The translations under genes were made by a program, and so were the position numbers. A stretch of DNA of 55,299 nt, filler included, from Squatina squatina (Eukaryota), in NCBI GenBank assembly GCA_031763465.1. It is 4 parts of 4 records of this genome, joined end to end, with 100 filler letters (N's around TTAATTAATTAA, not from the genome) between each part and the next. Parts side by side here need not be neighbours in the genome. Positions count along the whole stretch, not along the records: positions 15,260 to 28,237 come from JARFOE010000168.1; positions 28,338 to 41,577 come from JARFOE010000192.1; 2 more parts are not named here. One strand, written 5' to 3'. Within the stretch, counting starts at the first letter, position 1, and every line of letters begins with the position of its first letter. Below the pieces are notes generated by a model that did no database searches, was not told where the DNA came from, and was given only the letters and a program-made list of their open reading frames with translations. This document shows, in pieces, positions 26,741 through 37,209 of this stretch.

Positions 26741-27991
26741 NNNNNNNNNNNNNNNNNNNNNNNNNNNNNNNNNNNNNNNNNNNNNNNNNNNNNNNNNNNN
26801 NNNNNNNNNNNNNNNNNNNNNNNNNNNNNNNNNNNNNNNNTAATGAGGTCAGATTTAACCTTATTACAGTTGCTTCATATTCCACATGTTTTTATCTCTT
26901 CTAACATATACAAAAAGATAAAATAAAATGACATTATAATTGTCTTCTGTACTCACCTTCGAGCTTACCTTAGAGGAAGTGCTTTATAACTACCAAAGCA
27001 AAGGATGTGAGAGATGCCTAGCCTACTTAAGGAAGAGAACTCCTGCTGCAGTAGTATTCTCAAAAGGCATTACTCTAGATCACATTGAAATGAAGCTGAC
27101 ACTACTATAAGCCTTTGTTAGCTTGTGTAAATACACTATTGATAAACAATTGTACTGGCTTGGAATGATTTTAAATTTAAGTTATTGATGGCGGAATGGC
27201 ATTTAGAATGGATTATTGCAGTTGAAGGGCTATGTGTGATGGGTTGAAAAGACTCCTCTGTCCTGTGAATGGCACAAAGCATTGCCCACCCAAACCCTGT
27301 ACGTATAACGATAGGACGCACGTTTGCATCTAATAATTAATTCCGATGAAGAGGCATTCATAGAGGGCAGGGAATAGGTCACCTGGTTTCCTTCTTGACT
27401 AGGTTTTGATGCAGCAAGACTCCAAAAAGAGAGAAAAGGAGACAAGAACCTTTTCTTTTTTTAAACGTGAATTTTTGGATTTTTACATAATTGGTTCTAA
27501 AATTGATCAAATAAATAATGTAATGCCAGCAATCCCTTAGAGGAATCATGTGAAAGACATGTTGAAGCTTGGAAAGGGTTAATATTCTTTAAGATGCTGT
27601 ATACCTCTCCGTTTCTCTGCAGAGCAGCAGTGTGGCTGCAGGGTCCCTGTATCAGTGCTGTAAGTGTAATTATGTTTGAGCAGGGCCCACTATCTCTCAT
27701 CAGAGGGAGCTGTTGAGGCAGCAGCTGTGTGAAAAATCCTACAGTGAACGTTCGAGGCATGTCACTCACTCTCAATTTGTTTGGACATGATTAGCTGCAT
27801 CTCTTCTAGGAGCTTTTTGGCATTCTGTGGTGTAGATGTTGGCTGTTGAAGGACGTTGTGCAGAGAGGGCCTGGATCGGTACTGCCTTGCAAGCTCTCCT
27901 CAGTGCCTGTGAGTGCTTGTGCTTCTGTCTGTGTGCTGGGAGAGGCAGAGAATTCTTGCCTGGTGTGTGTGCAGCAAGCTCAAGGTTGTAT

Positions 27992-28030
27992 ATGGATAGG
28001 AGCTCTCTGCTTCAGCTCATACAGGAGCAG
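27992..28030 (+). CDS. RHBDL1: First coding exon of rhomboid-related protease 1
   Basis: An ATG-initiated MDRSSLLQLIQEQ followed by a CAG|gtcagt donor. Identical to the RHBDL1 N-terminus as I recall it. The remaining exons are not in this block. Confidence 0.85.
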
Positions 28031-28237
28031 GTCAGTATGTCTTTAGTCACCCTCCCACACTTGGATCATCTCATTCCAGAGTTCTCATCTTTCATTACTC
28101 TGAATGCCATCTCCTATTAATGAATCACAAGCCACATCTTACATTTTATCTGTCTGGTTGAATAATTAGCTAATATCAAGGTAATGTGAACACTGGAGCT
28201 GAGCGAAGTGAATGCAAAAATGTCGGAAAGCAAGATG

Positions 28238-28337
28238 NNNNNNNNNNNNNNNNNNNNNNNNNNNNNNNNNNNNNNNNNNNNTTAATTAATTAANNNNNNN
28301 NNNNNNNNNNNNNNNNNNNNNNNNNNNNNNNNNNNNN
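28238..28337. other. Artificial scaffold spacer (44 N + TTAATTAATTAA + 44 N)
   Basis: The 12-mer lies at 28282-28293, flanked by 44 N on each side. Confidence 0.95.
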
Positions 28338-29070
28338 AGCCGCTCAATGACATCCTTGACCCTGGCTTCAGGGAGGCAATATACCATCCTGGAGTCACTT
28401 CTACAGTCACAGAAATGCCTGTCTGTTCCCCTGGCTATCAAATCCCCTATCACTATTGCTCTTCCATTCTTTTTCCCCCTCTCCTGTTCAGCTGAGTCAC
28501 CCATGGTACCATGGACTTGGCTCTGGCTGCACTTCCCTGGGGAATCACCATCCTCACCAGTATCCAAAAGCAGAAAACTGGTTAACGAGTGAGATGGACT
28601 CAGTGGACTTCTGCACTACCTGCCTAGTTCTCCTCGTCTGTCTGGCGGTCACCTATTCCATCACTCTCTGCTTGCACACTCTTAAGCTGTGTTGTGACCA
28701 CCTCGCTACTCGCGGATGCACCACAGAGACTCCAGCTGCTGCTTCAGCTCTGAAACCCGGAGTTCAGGTTACTTCAGCTGAAGACATGTGCTGCTCATGT
28801 GGTCGTCGGGGACACTGGAAGCATCCACAACTTCCCACACAGCATAGGATGTGCATTCCACCCGGCCGAGCTGCCCTGCCATGTCCCTGCCTGTGCTCCG
28901 CCCCTGGTCTGCTCCCCAGGCCTCTCGCCTCCGGTATTTATTCACTTGCCGGCTGGTGCTCCTCCCCTCACAAGTCTGTTCTCACTGCGCTCCTGTGCCT
29001 CTCACCTCTGGTATTTATTCACTTGCTGGCTGCTGCTCCTCCTCTCTCAGGTCCACTCTCGCAGGTCCAT
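28338..29070 (-). mobile_element. 5' part of a CR1 LINE: 5' UTR plus decayed ORF1 (zinc-finger/leucine-zipper region and SGNH esterase)
   Basis: ATG at 28882 opens MAGQLGRVECTSYAVWEV..DDHMSSTCLQLK*PELRVSELKQQLESLWCIRE. Later comes RAIVIGDLIARGTDRHFC..SRMVYCLPEARVKDV, the CR1 ORF1 esterase motif. Confidence 0.85.
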
Positions 29071-29387
29071 GAAGCATAGGCTTCATGGTAATTTCTCATT
29101 TCAAAGTGAAGACAATAATTTAGCTCCTTAGATTGGTATTTGTCACATGTTTTATCGACATGTTTATGGTGCTAGGGGAAAATTGGTTATTGTATCACAT
29201 AAGGGAACAAATGAGATGAGTAACATCTAGAAAAACTGGGGGATTCTGTGGATCTTTATTGTACCATATAAACTCTTGTAAACGCTGTCCTGTGTATAAA
29301 ACCTACACATGCTCAGAGATATGATAAAAAGCACTCTTTCAACTGTTACGAAGTAAAATATCCAGATGAAGCCGAGGCTTTTGAGAC

Positions 29388-29455
29388 ATAGAAACATAGA
29401 AAATAGGTGCAGGAGAAGGCCATTCGGCCCTTCGAGCCTGCACCGCCATTCAACA
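29388..29455 (-). mobile_element. CR1-like LINE/SINE 3' end
   Basis: CATAGAAACATAGAAAATAGGTGCAGGAGAAGGCCATTCGGCCCTTCGAGCC is the reverse complement of a CR1 tail with an 8-bp terminal repeat. Confidence 0.8.
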
Positions 29456-29683
29456 NNNNNNNNNNNNNNNNNNNNNNNNNNNNNNNNNNNNNNNNNNNNN
29501 NNNNNNNNNNNNNNNNNNNNNNNNNNNNNNNNNNNNNNNNNNNNNNNNNNNNNNNCCCCCCCCCCCCCCCCCCCCCAAAGTCTCAAACAAAAAAATGAGT
29601 TCGATATTATGTTAAATTGTGTGTTTGAATTTTTGAGAGATTTATTCTGGGCATAAGAACATTTGTGTTTTTTTTAATTTCAG

Positions 29684-29733
29684 GTCTTATTCAGGATTCT
29701 GACCATCCCTACAGCAGGTTTGAGAATGAATAA
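29684..29733 (+). CDS. Last coding exon of a PTTG1IP-family membrane protein (positionally PTTG1IP2-like)
   Basis: Acceptor tttttttaatttcag, phase 1. Translates (G)LIQDSDHPYSRFENE*, resembling the PTTG1IP tail GLFKEENPYARFENN with a YxxF sorting motif. It lies upstream of CDK14, as PTTG1IP2 does in human. ATTAAA at about 29875. Confidence 0.8.
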
Positions 29734-30699
29734 AGAGATTCAACCTTTAACTGGACTTTCAAAAGTGGCTAAATGGGTTTCAGTGGCTGGCTGTTACTTC
29801 AACTAGCTATTCAATAAGTCTGTCATTTCATGTTAAAACGTAGCTGCCTATCTTCACATTAACACTTAATTCACATTAAAAATCATATCATATGATGAGC
29901 CATTTTTGTATCATGGTTCTTTAGTATGATTTATGCATTTGTAACATAGAAAGCCTGAAATTATAATGGACTGGCAGTGTAAGAAACATGTCAAATTGTC
30001 TTTTGAAAGTTGATGTACCTCTTCTGATTTCCATCTGTCAGATGTGGCAAATTGCACTTTTGTACAGAAATTGACACGGTTATCATATGTTTTCAGTGGA
30101 GTGACAGTTGCATTAAGCAGTCCTCCTGGCTACTNNNNNNNNNNNNNNNNNNNNNNNNNNNNNNNNNNNNNNNNNNNNNNNNNNNNNNNNNNNNNNNNNN
30201 NNNNNNNNNNNNNNNNNNNNNNNNNNNNNNNNNNAGGAAAAGTCCTTTGTTTTTGTTATTTGAGTAAATGCGGTTATGTTCGAGGAGCTTCACAATCCAA
30301 ATCTGTCTGTCTTGTTCTTGTTGAGGGTGTTGTTACTACGGTTATCAGACTGGCTGCAGGCTATATTGGTTGTAATTTTTGTTCAAGCACGGATGTCAGT
30401 AACTGTGATGTCATCAAGTTAATGAGGCTGGGCTATTCTCTAAATCTAAAAAAATAAACGCTGATTTGCAACAAAATCTTTGAGTCGGTGAGGTTATATA
30501 TATTTTATTAAGACGCATTTAAAAAAACAGTCCGCCTCCATGCTAGGTAAACTGTAAAATATTATTTCTCATTTAATTAGACGGTAGCCGAATCGCTTTC
30601 TGCTTCAAATCCAACAGCCTGAACAATGTTTCTCCACTGTGCCAAACAGTTTTTTTTTAAAAAGAGAGAAACGTCTGGGTTGCAACCAACTCTGGAGCC

Positions 30700-31369
30700 C
30701 TGCATCCTCCGAGGGAGGGGAAAGCAGAACCAGTGTGTGAGGGGCGGGAGCGGGCTACAGATTGATTGACACGTCGCTCGTCCATCGGGAAAGCAGTAGG
30801 CTGTGTGAGAGACCCAATCAGGCGGGGGTTGGTGAGCTGAAGTGCCTCACAGACTTGCCGAGAAAATGACAACCAGCGCAGCGGAGCTTTGAGCGGCTGA
30901 CTTCCCAGGGCTAAGAGAGTGGGTATCACTCGAAACCAACCCCGCTCCTTGCCCCCTTTGATCCATTTCCCCCTCTTCTCATTCTCTTTTGCGTTTCTCA
31001 TTTCGAAGCACAAAACAATTAATTTTAACATCACTTATCTGGATGAATTACTTTTTTTTTAAAACTCGCCTGCCAAGAATTCAAGGGGAGGGAGAGGAGA
31101 GGAGAGGGGGGGAGGAGGGAGACTCTCCAGGATTTAACTTCCAAATCGCCGAGGGGCTGTGAACACACTTCCTGTGTTTGACAGAAGGAAGAGGGGATGG
31201 GGGAAGCCTTCAAACTTAAGTCAAGCGTTTCGTCTTTCATTTACTTTTAAAATTTATTTTAGGAGGGGGGGGACAATTTTTTTTCTCCCTCTCATTGAGA
31301 CAGTATCTGCTAAGTACCGAGGATTCAGCGGCTGCGAGAGAGGGACCACATTGCACGACTTGCCCGACG
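30700..31369 (+). promoter_or_regulatory. CDK14 promoter and 5' UTR region
   Basis: Locally CpG- and GC-enriched. GC boxes at 30741-30748 and 30821-30827 and CCAAT at 30814-30818. Contiguous with the CDK14 start codon. Confidence 0.65.
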
Positions 31370-31460
31370 ATGTGTGATATGATTTCAGAGCAGTCGGCTG
31401 AGAAAATCAGCAGAATGAAAAAGTTGAGAAGAACTTTATCGGAGAGTTTCAGTCGTTTGG
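31370..31460 (+). CDS. CDK14: Cyclin-dependent kinase 14 (PFTAIRE1), coding exon 1
   Basis: Translates MCDMISEQSAEKISRMKKLRRTLSESFSRL then G|gtgagt. Matches the recalled human MCDLIEPQPAEKIGKMKKLRRTLSESFSRI. 91 nt, phase 1. Confidence 0.95.
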
Positions 31461-31986
31461 GTGAGTGAATTAGTTAATTTTTAAAAAAAAACGTAAATGG
31501 CGAAATTTAACATTCGTTTTCTGGAAATGTGTACATTAGGTTAGAAAATGTCCAGTGCCTGTTGGGGAATTTTTTTTCTTCTTTCCCCCTAACAAAAAGG
31601 AACACTTTCACCGAGGTAAAGCTAGCTGGCGCAGTATCACAGGGTTTGTCTGCTTTTATGCGATGTGAAATTGCAATGCCAGATCCCAAGCTGCTGATGT
31701 ACTCCAATCAAAAGGAGAACTGTATTTAAAATGTCCAGAATGTTTTTATATACTTTGATCTCGCAGTACCGTTAATAGTTTTTTTAAATTATGAAAGTGT
31801 TTTGATATGCTTAGCGCATTATTTTTCTATAAAACGTCTCCCGAGACTAGAGCTGTTGTAACAGCGTCGTTTTGTTCATCCAATTATGGCCATAAAGTCA
31901 GTGTGGGTACTAAGATGACTGGGGAAGTTAATATAGCTTACACCTATGTTTAGATTTATCATACTTTTTTCTTTTTTTTTTAAAAG

Positions 31987-32018
31987 CCTTGAAGAAGGAT
32001 GACAATAGCTTCGATGAG
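31987..32018 (+). CDS. CDK14: CDK14 coding exon 2 (32 nt)
   Basis: Poly-T tract and aag acceptor, (A)LKKDDNSFDE, gtaaga donor. The phase joins exon 1 to exon 3. Confidence 0.93.
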
Positions 32019-32794
32019 GTAAGATACACTTAAACTGCACTGTGTGTAGGTGTTCATGTACAGTATTTGTAGGGATAGAACTGAATACAAGTTCCTGGTT
32101 AGAATCAGTTCTCTTTGGGGGAGATACTATCATTTTACCTTTGCGACCAGAGCTAAATCCAACCGAGAATGCTGAATAGANNNNNNNNNNNNNNNNNNNN
32201 NNNNNNNNNNNNNNNNNNNNNNNNNNNNNNNNNNNNNNNNNNNNNNNNNNNNNNNNNNNNNNNNNNNNNNNNNNNNNNNNGTTTCTTATAGATCCAGTTA
32301 TATTTTGAAGCCTCTGCACATTTAAATTTATAAAGGAAAAACAATTAATCAGTACTTGTTCCATGTTTTTTGTGACATGACTGCAGAGATACAAAGCTGC
32401 TTTATGTTTCACTGCAGGAGGAAGGACACAGAAGTAATTAAGAGAGTTAAATGGATGTATCTAAATGACTCTGAGGGATCATTTTAACCTGTGTGATACC
32501 GTTTGTATAAAAGTCACAGCAGGAGGCTTTCCTAAGAACCCTGTATTCAGGAAAATTGGAGTACTTTTTATGTATCCCAGCTGTTTGAAATAAAATCAAT
32601 ATGTCAGTTCCTGCATTGAGATATTAAACAGCAAGAACTTTGGTTTGAGCTGTAATATATGGCATTCCCCCCCACCCCAGGTTCATGACTGAAAATACTA
32701 GTTAATGTGAAATATGTCAAAGTGACGTCACATTGATTAATTTTCCACTCCATATAAAAAATACTAGATTTGGCACTTCTTGAACAGAAAATAA

Positions 32795-32947
<153 letters not shown>

Positions 32948-33611
32948 TAAGTTACATTTTTANNNNNNNNNNNNNNNNNNNNNNNNNNNNNNNNNNNNNN
33001 NNNNNNNNNNNNNNNNNNNNNNNNNNNNNNNNNNNNNNNNNNNNNNNNNNNNNNNNNNNNNNTATGCAGCGCCAAACAGCAAGTTTGCGAAGGAGGGTCC
33101 CCATTGGGTAAGTTCACATTCTGTTCGGACGCTGCCGGCATAATCCGTAGTTACGCCGCCGACCGCAAAATCCAGGCCATTGCTTCTGAACTGAACTTTT
33201 ACCTCCCCAGCTCCCATTAGGCTGGAGCCTTGACTTTCAATAGCTTTTTTGTTGCACTTCTACATGCTGATGGCTTCAGTGTGAATATTGCGAGTTCCAA
33301 TAAAATACCTTACTGCAGCTGTACCTGCAATATAGCCTGACCAGTAAGTGTTCTCTGCAGCATCTTTTTGTACTGAGAATGGAAGCCGTACTTTTGACCC
33401 CATGCCATTCACATGCCCGCTTTGCCTGTAGCTTTCCAGAGGGCAGGTGCACATTTCACTGTGAGGGGGTGTGTACTGCTTTATTCTGTTGCAGATATTT
33501 CCCACATTCTTACACAATTACTGTTAGCTGTCTGATGCTGTGCTGCAAATTGATCTCTAATTTTATTTTGTAAAAAGAATACTGTACAGTAACTGTCAAG
33601 ACAAAATCCGC

Positions 33612-33677
33612 ATGGTTACTTCTGGCTGCAGTCATGCTGCAGAGCCCGACTACCTCAGCTTCCCTGCAACTATACAG
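33612..33677 (+). other. CDK14: Sequence resembling the mammalian CDK14 alternative first exon
   Basis: MVTSGCSHAAEPDYLSFPATIQ, with HGYF in the overlapping frame, resembles the recalled human isoform start MHGYFGCNAAAEPGYSAFVGTPQ. It sits in the expected intron, but there is no GT donor after the final CAG. Confidence 0.55.
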
Positions 33678-35127
33678 ACCAGCTCATCCCATTATAGGGC
33701 CTGTTTATTCACAACATTGTTTTTAAAAGGTTATACATTTCTAAAAGGGATGTGTTTTCTTTCTAATGCATATTTTGTTAAAGATGCTTGTTGGTTTGTG
33801 ACCTGAGCTGTACTGTGACTGAGCCGACTTTGAAGGGAAAATTTAGTTCCCTCCATTATTTCCCCCTTCCAAAAGTAGTACAACCGCACCATTTCAGCTT
33901 GCTAGTGCAGGAAGATATTTTGAGTTCATTTATTGAACGTGATTGGCCTGTCTGGGTTTCAGCAGAATTTCCAGATATTGAAGTACAAGTGCAGGAATCC
34001 AGTAAAGTATCTCGGACTAAAAGGTAAGACAGATAGCTATTTACAGTGTGAAGCATGACTGTGATGGAACAGCTTGAATCAGCATTCCCAACATAGATCA
34101 CAAGTGCAACACCTGGGAGTGCTGCGATGTGGATGCAGTTAGTGTCCCTGTCCCTAGAAATGGTTATTGATAATCCTATTTGATATAAGATTCTAAATTT
34201 ATCCTTCCCGCATGGGGCTGAAGATGATACCGATGTGCTGGCTGATAAATAGAAATACTCTAGTATTTGTTTTGCAAGATTATGCTTCATTCTTGGTCTG
34301 TTTTTTCCCCCTTTTAAAATCTGTTTATATGCTGTACTGTTAGAGACTGCATTGCCAGAGCATGGTTGGCTGAATCTACTCTGGGTTAAAGTGGGTAAGT
34401 GAGTGACGGGGCACTTCCCACACAATATATACTGTACTAGCCTTGAACATGGCTACATGCTATTGAGAGTGAGTTAAGTGGATTTGTGTGTATTAAATGA
34501 ACACTCTGCATATATGTTTTTAATCAGTATCAAAGTTCTGTATGCAGTGCACACTTAGTTCATNNNNNNNNNNNNNNNNNNNNNNNNNNNNNNNNNNNNN
34601 NNNNNNNNNNNNNNNNNNNNNNNNNNNNNNNNNNNNNNNNNNNNNNNNNNNNNNNNNNNNNNNGTTACACTACCTGTTGGAGTTGATCTACCTAACCTGT
34701 TAAATCATGCATGATTTAACATCATTCTTAAATATTAACAATTGAAACTTAAATCCTCATTTGCTCTTTTTTGAACAGGGCCTGCAGCTTAGTCGATGTT
34801 TCCTAATTCACTGGAATGCTAATGCACGAGGAGACTAGGCCCTTGCTCATTAGCATTGTTTGGATCAGCATTCTGGAAGAGTAATTGAAGCCAGTTACAT
34901 CACAGCAGCCTATTGTATAAATTATAAATATTTTATACTGAAAGAGACTCAGGAGGACTGTTAAGGTTTAGTAGGCACATAGCTTCTTGCAGTCACTAGT
35001 GCCAGAATCTGAACCTGTGTTACTACATAATGGAGTGGCCAGTAAGTGAACAAAGAACAACATTAAGCATACAAAGATACTGTAGAATAGCAGTTTTTAT
35101 ATATTAAACAGACTACTTTTTCCACAG

Positions 35128-35373
35128 ATATGCGTCGCAAAGATGTCTACACGAAATTCCCAGGCTGTGGATTCAGTTATCAAACCTCTGGATACCATTC
35201 CCGAGGACAGAAAAGTCAGAGTGCAAAGGACGCAGAGCAGTTTTGATCCATTTGACAAACCAACGAGTCAAGTGAAGAGGGTCCATTCTGAGAACAATGC
35301 GTGCATTAACTTCAAGAGCTCATCTGGTGGCAAAGAGTCTCCAAAATTGAGACGACACTCCAGTCCCAGTTCA
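35128..35373 (+). CDS. CDK14: CDK14 coding exon 3
   Basis: tttttccacag acceptor, ICVAKMSTRNSQAVDSVIKPLDTIPED...RRHSSPSS, gtaagt donor. 246 nt, phase 0-0. Confidence 0.96.
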
Positions 35374-35574
35374 GTAAGTCATTCTAACTTTAACACTAGT
35401 CCTCATTGTTGGTAAGCATTTAAACTTTTTGCATTTTGTGTTCTTGAGGTACTTTTTGTAAGTATTTGTTCTGCNNNNNNNNNNNNNNNNNNNNNNNNNN
35501 NNNNNNNNNNNNNNNNNNNNNNNNNNNNNNNNNNNNNNNNNNNNNNNNNNNNNNNNNNNNNNNNNNNNNNNNNN

Positions 35575-36197
35575 CTGCGCATGCCCAGAGATCAGAACTT
35601 GTGTGATCTGTCAAGATTTAGCTTGACAGATCATCCGCTTGGACAGGAAAAGAGATTTCCAGAACGAAGAGTTGCGAGATTTTCTCACCGCTTGCCTTGG
35701 AAATCTCTAACTTTTTTACGTATGGTAAAACCAAACGTACATGCTTGATTTTACCAGTGTAAGAGTTTTTAAAAAATGTTAGAATCAAAAAAATTAATGG
35801 TACATTATTTTAAAACCATTCCCATTAAGGTAAGAATATTTGTAAACATTTTAAAAGTTTTTTTTTTAATTTAAAAAAGAAATTGTATCATTTATCTAAT
35901 TTTTATTACATTTTAATGTTACAATCATTTTTTAAATGTTTTTTGATGTGTTTGTGCAGGTTTGTTTCTCTCATTCAAGCTTTGATAGATCTGATTGGTT
36001 GGGGCCTCCCAGGTGACCTCTCCAGTCTGTCCAAATGACTTAGACACAACAGGGCAGAGGGACGCTGCACATGCCCAACTCTGAGGGCAGAAGGCAGCAA
36101 ATCTATGTGGATCCTGGACTGTCAGGTAAGTTCATAGAGATAATTGCGATCGGAGGCATGCACACGCAGGAATCCTCTGATTGCAATTTCAAGGCCA
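35575..36197. mobile_element. MITE-like element related to 7496-8235
   Basis: Shares the order of motifs (AACTTG.GATCTGTCAAG, TGGTAAAA, AT-rich core, TGATTGGTTGGG) and the GCAATTTC..GGCCA end. The left end is lost in a gap. Confidence 0.55.
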
Positions 36198-37114
36198 GTG
36201 TTTTTTTTTAATGTAACCAGCCAAACAGCTCCCCTCTCCCACATAGAGCCAAATAAAGAAGGATGGGACAACAATATGAGTGTCTGCTTAGTTTAATTGC
36301 ATTAAGCAAATTGGTAAATTTTATAAATATTTAGACATCTTTGAAATAATTTGCTCCTTTAGAATGCTGCGCACTATCCTGGATCCAGAAAAGGTGACAT
36401 GCTCTCTGGACTTTGCCAAATTGGCTGTCTAACTAGTTGCAAGCAACTGCACAAAAGTTGGCACACCAGTTTTTCTTTTCCTTTCCTGTGGGGAAGCACC
36501 TTCCCTGACTAAGCAGCTGAGATTCAAAACTTCTTGACATCTGGGGAAATCACAGATACAAGTCCATCCTGCCACTCTGAGCATATACAGGAATAGTGTG
36601 TCAACAGGCTGCCCCATTGGGCCTCACCTTGAGTTTATTCTAACTAAAAATAGCTGCAATTGTTAGAATGTTGTGCTTTAAGCATGAACCTAATAAATTA
36701 TACTCCGGAGTAGTGATAGATTGATTGCCTGCATGAGTATTTAAATGGTTCGTACATGTATTTGTGTGTGAGAGGATAATATGATTAAAAGGAGAACACA
36801 ACCCTAGTTTTTCAAAAAGCACGTCAATTATTAATTTACAAATATAATCATTTACATTAGTTCCGAACAGCATGCTGCAACATTGTGACAAAGTTGAGAT
36901 TATATCAATATATCTATTTCCAGTACCATTGCCATTATTGCTTCGCCTTCCTGCACTATATTCTGGATAAAATGTGCCAATTTTTCTCCTGTCGCCCAAT
37001 TTTCTTGGTAATCCAACTGCTACCGATGAGCATTGCCCAGTGCATCCTGATACAGGTTCAAATCTTTGATTTTCAGACCAGTTTTGTGTGTTTTTTTTTC
37101 CTTTTTCCCTTTAG

Positions 37115-37209
37115 CCAACAAGCCCTAAATTTGGAAAAGCTGACTCCTATGAAAAACTAGAAAAACTAGGCGAAGGGTCCTATGCCACAGTATACAAGGG
37201 AAAGAGCAA
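37115..37209 (+). CDS. CDK14: CDK14 coding exon 4 (start of the kinase domain)
   Basis: Long pyrimidine tract and ag acceptor, [31 protein letters not shown](K) with the glycine-rich loop, gtgagt donor. 95 nt. Later exons were not found. Confidence 0.96.

Noticed and set aside
28456-29079. 207-aa plus-strand ORF
   Set aside because: It is the antisense shadow of the CR1 ORF1 and 5' UTR on the minus strand.
29556-29576. Poly-C run (poly-Pro/poly-Gly ORFs)
   Set aside because: A homopolymer at a contig edge, probably an assembly break or sequencing artefact.
33856-34425. 189-aa minus-strand ORF in a CDK14 intron
   Set aside because: No recognisable domain or supporting splice structure; likely a chance open frame.
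34815-34857. Inverted repeat AATGCTAATG...CATTAGCATT in a CDK14 intron
   Set aside because: A short stem like this can arise by chance in 55 kb and has no other support.
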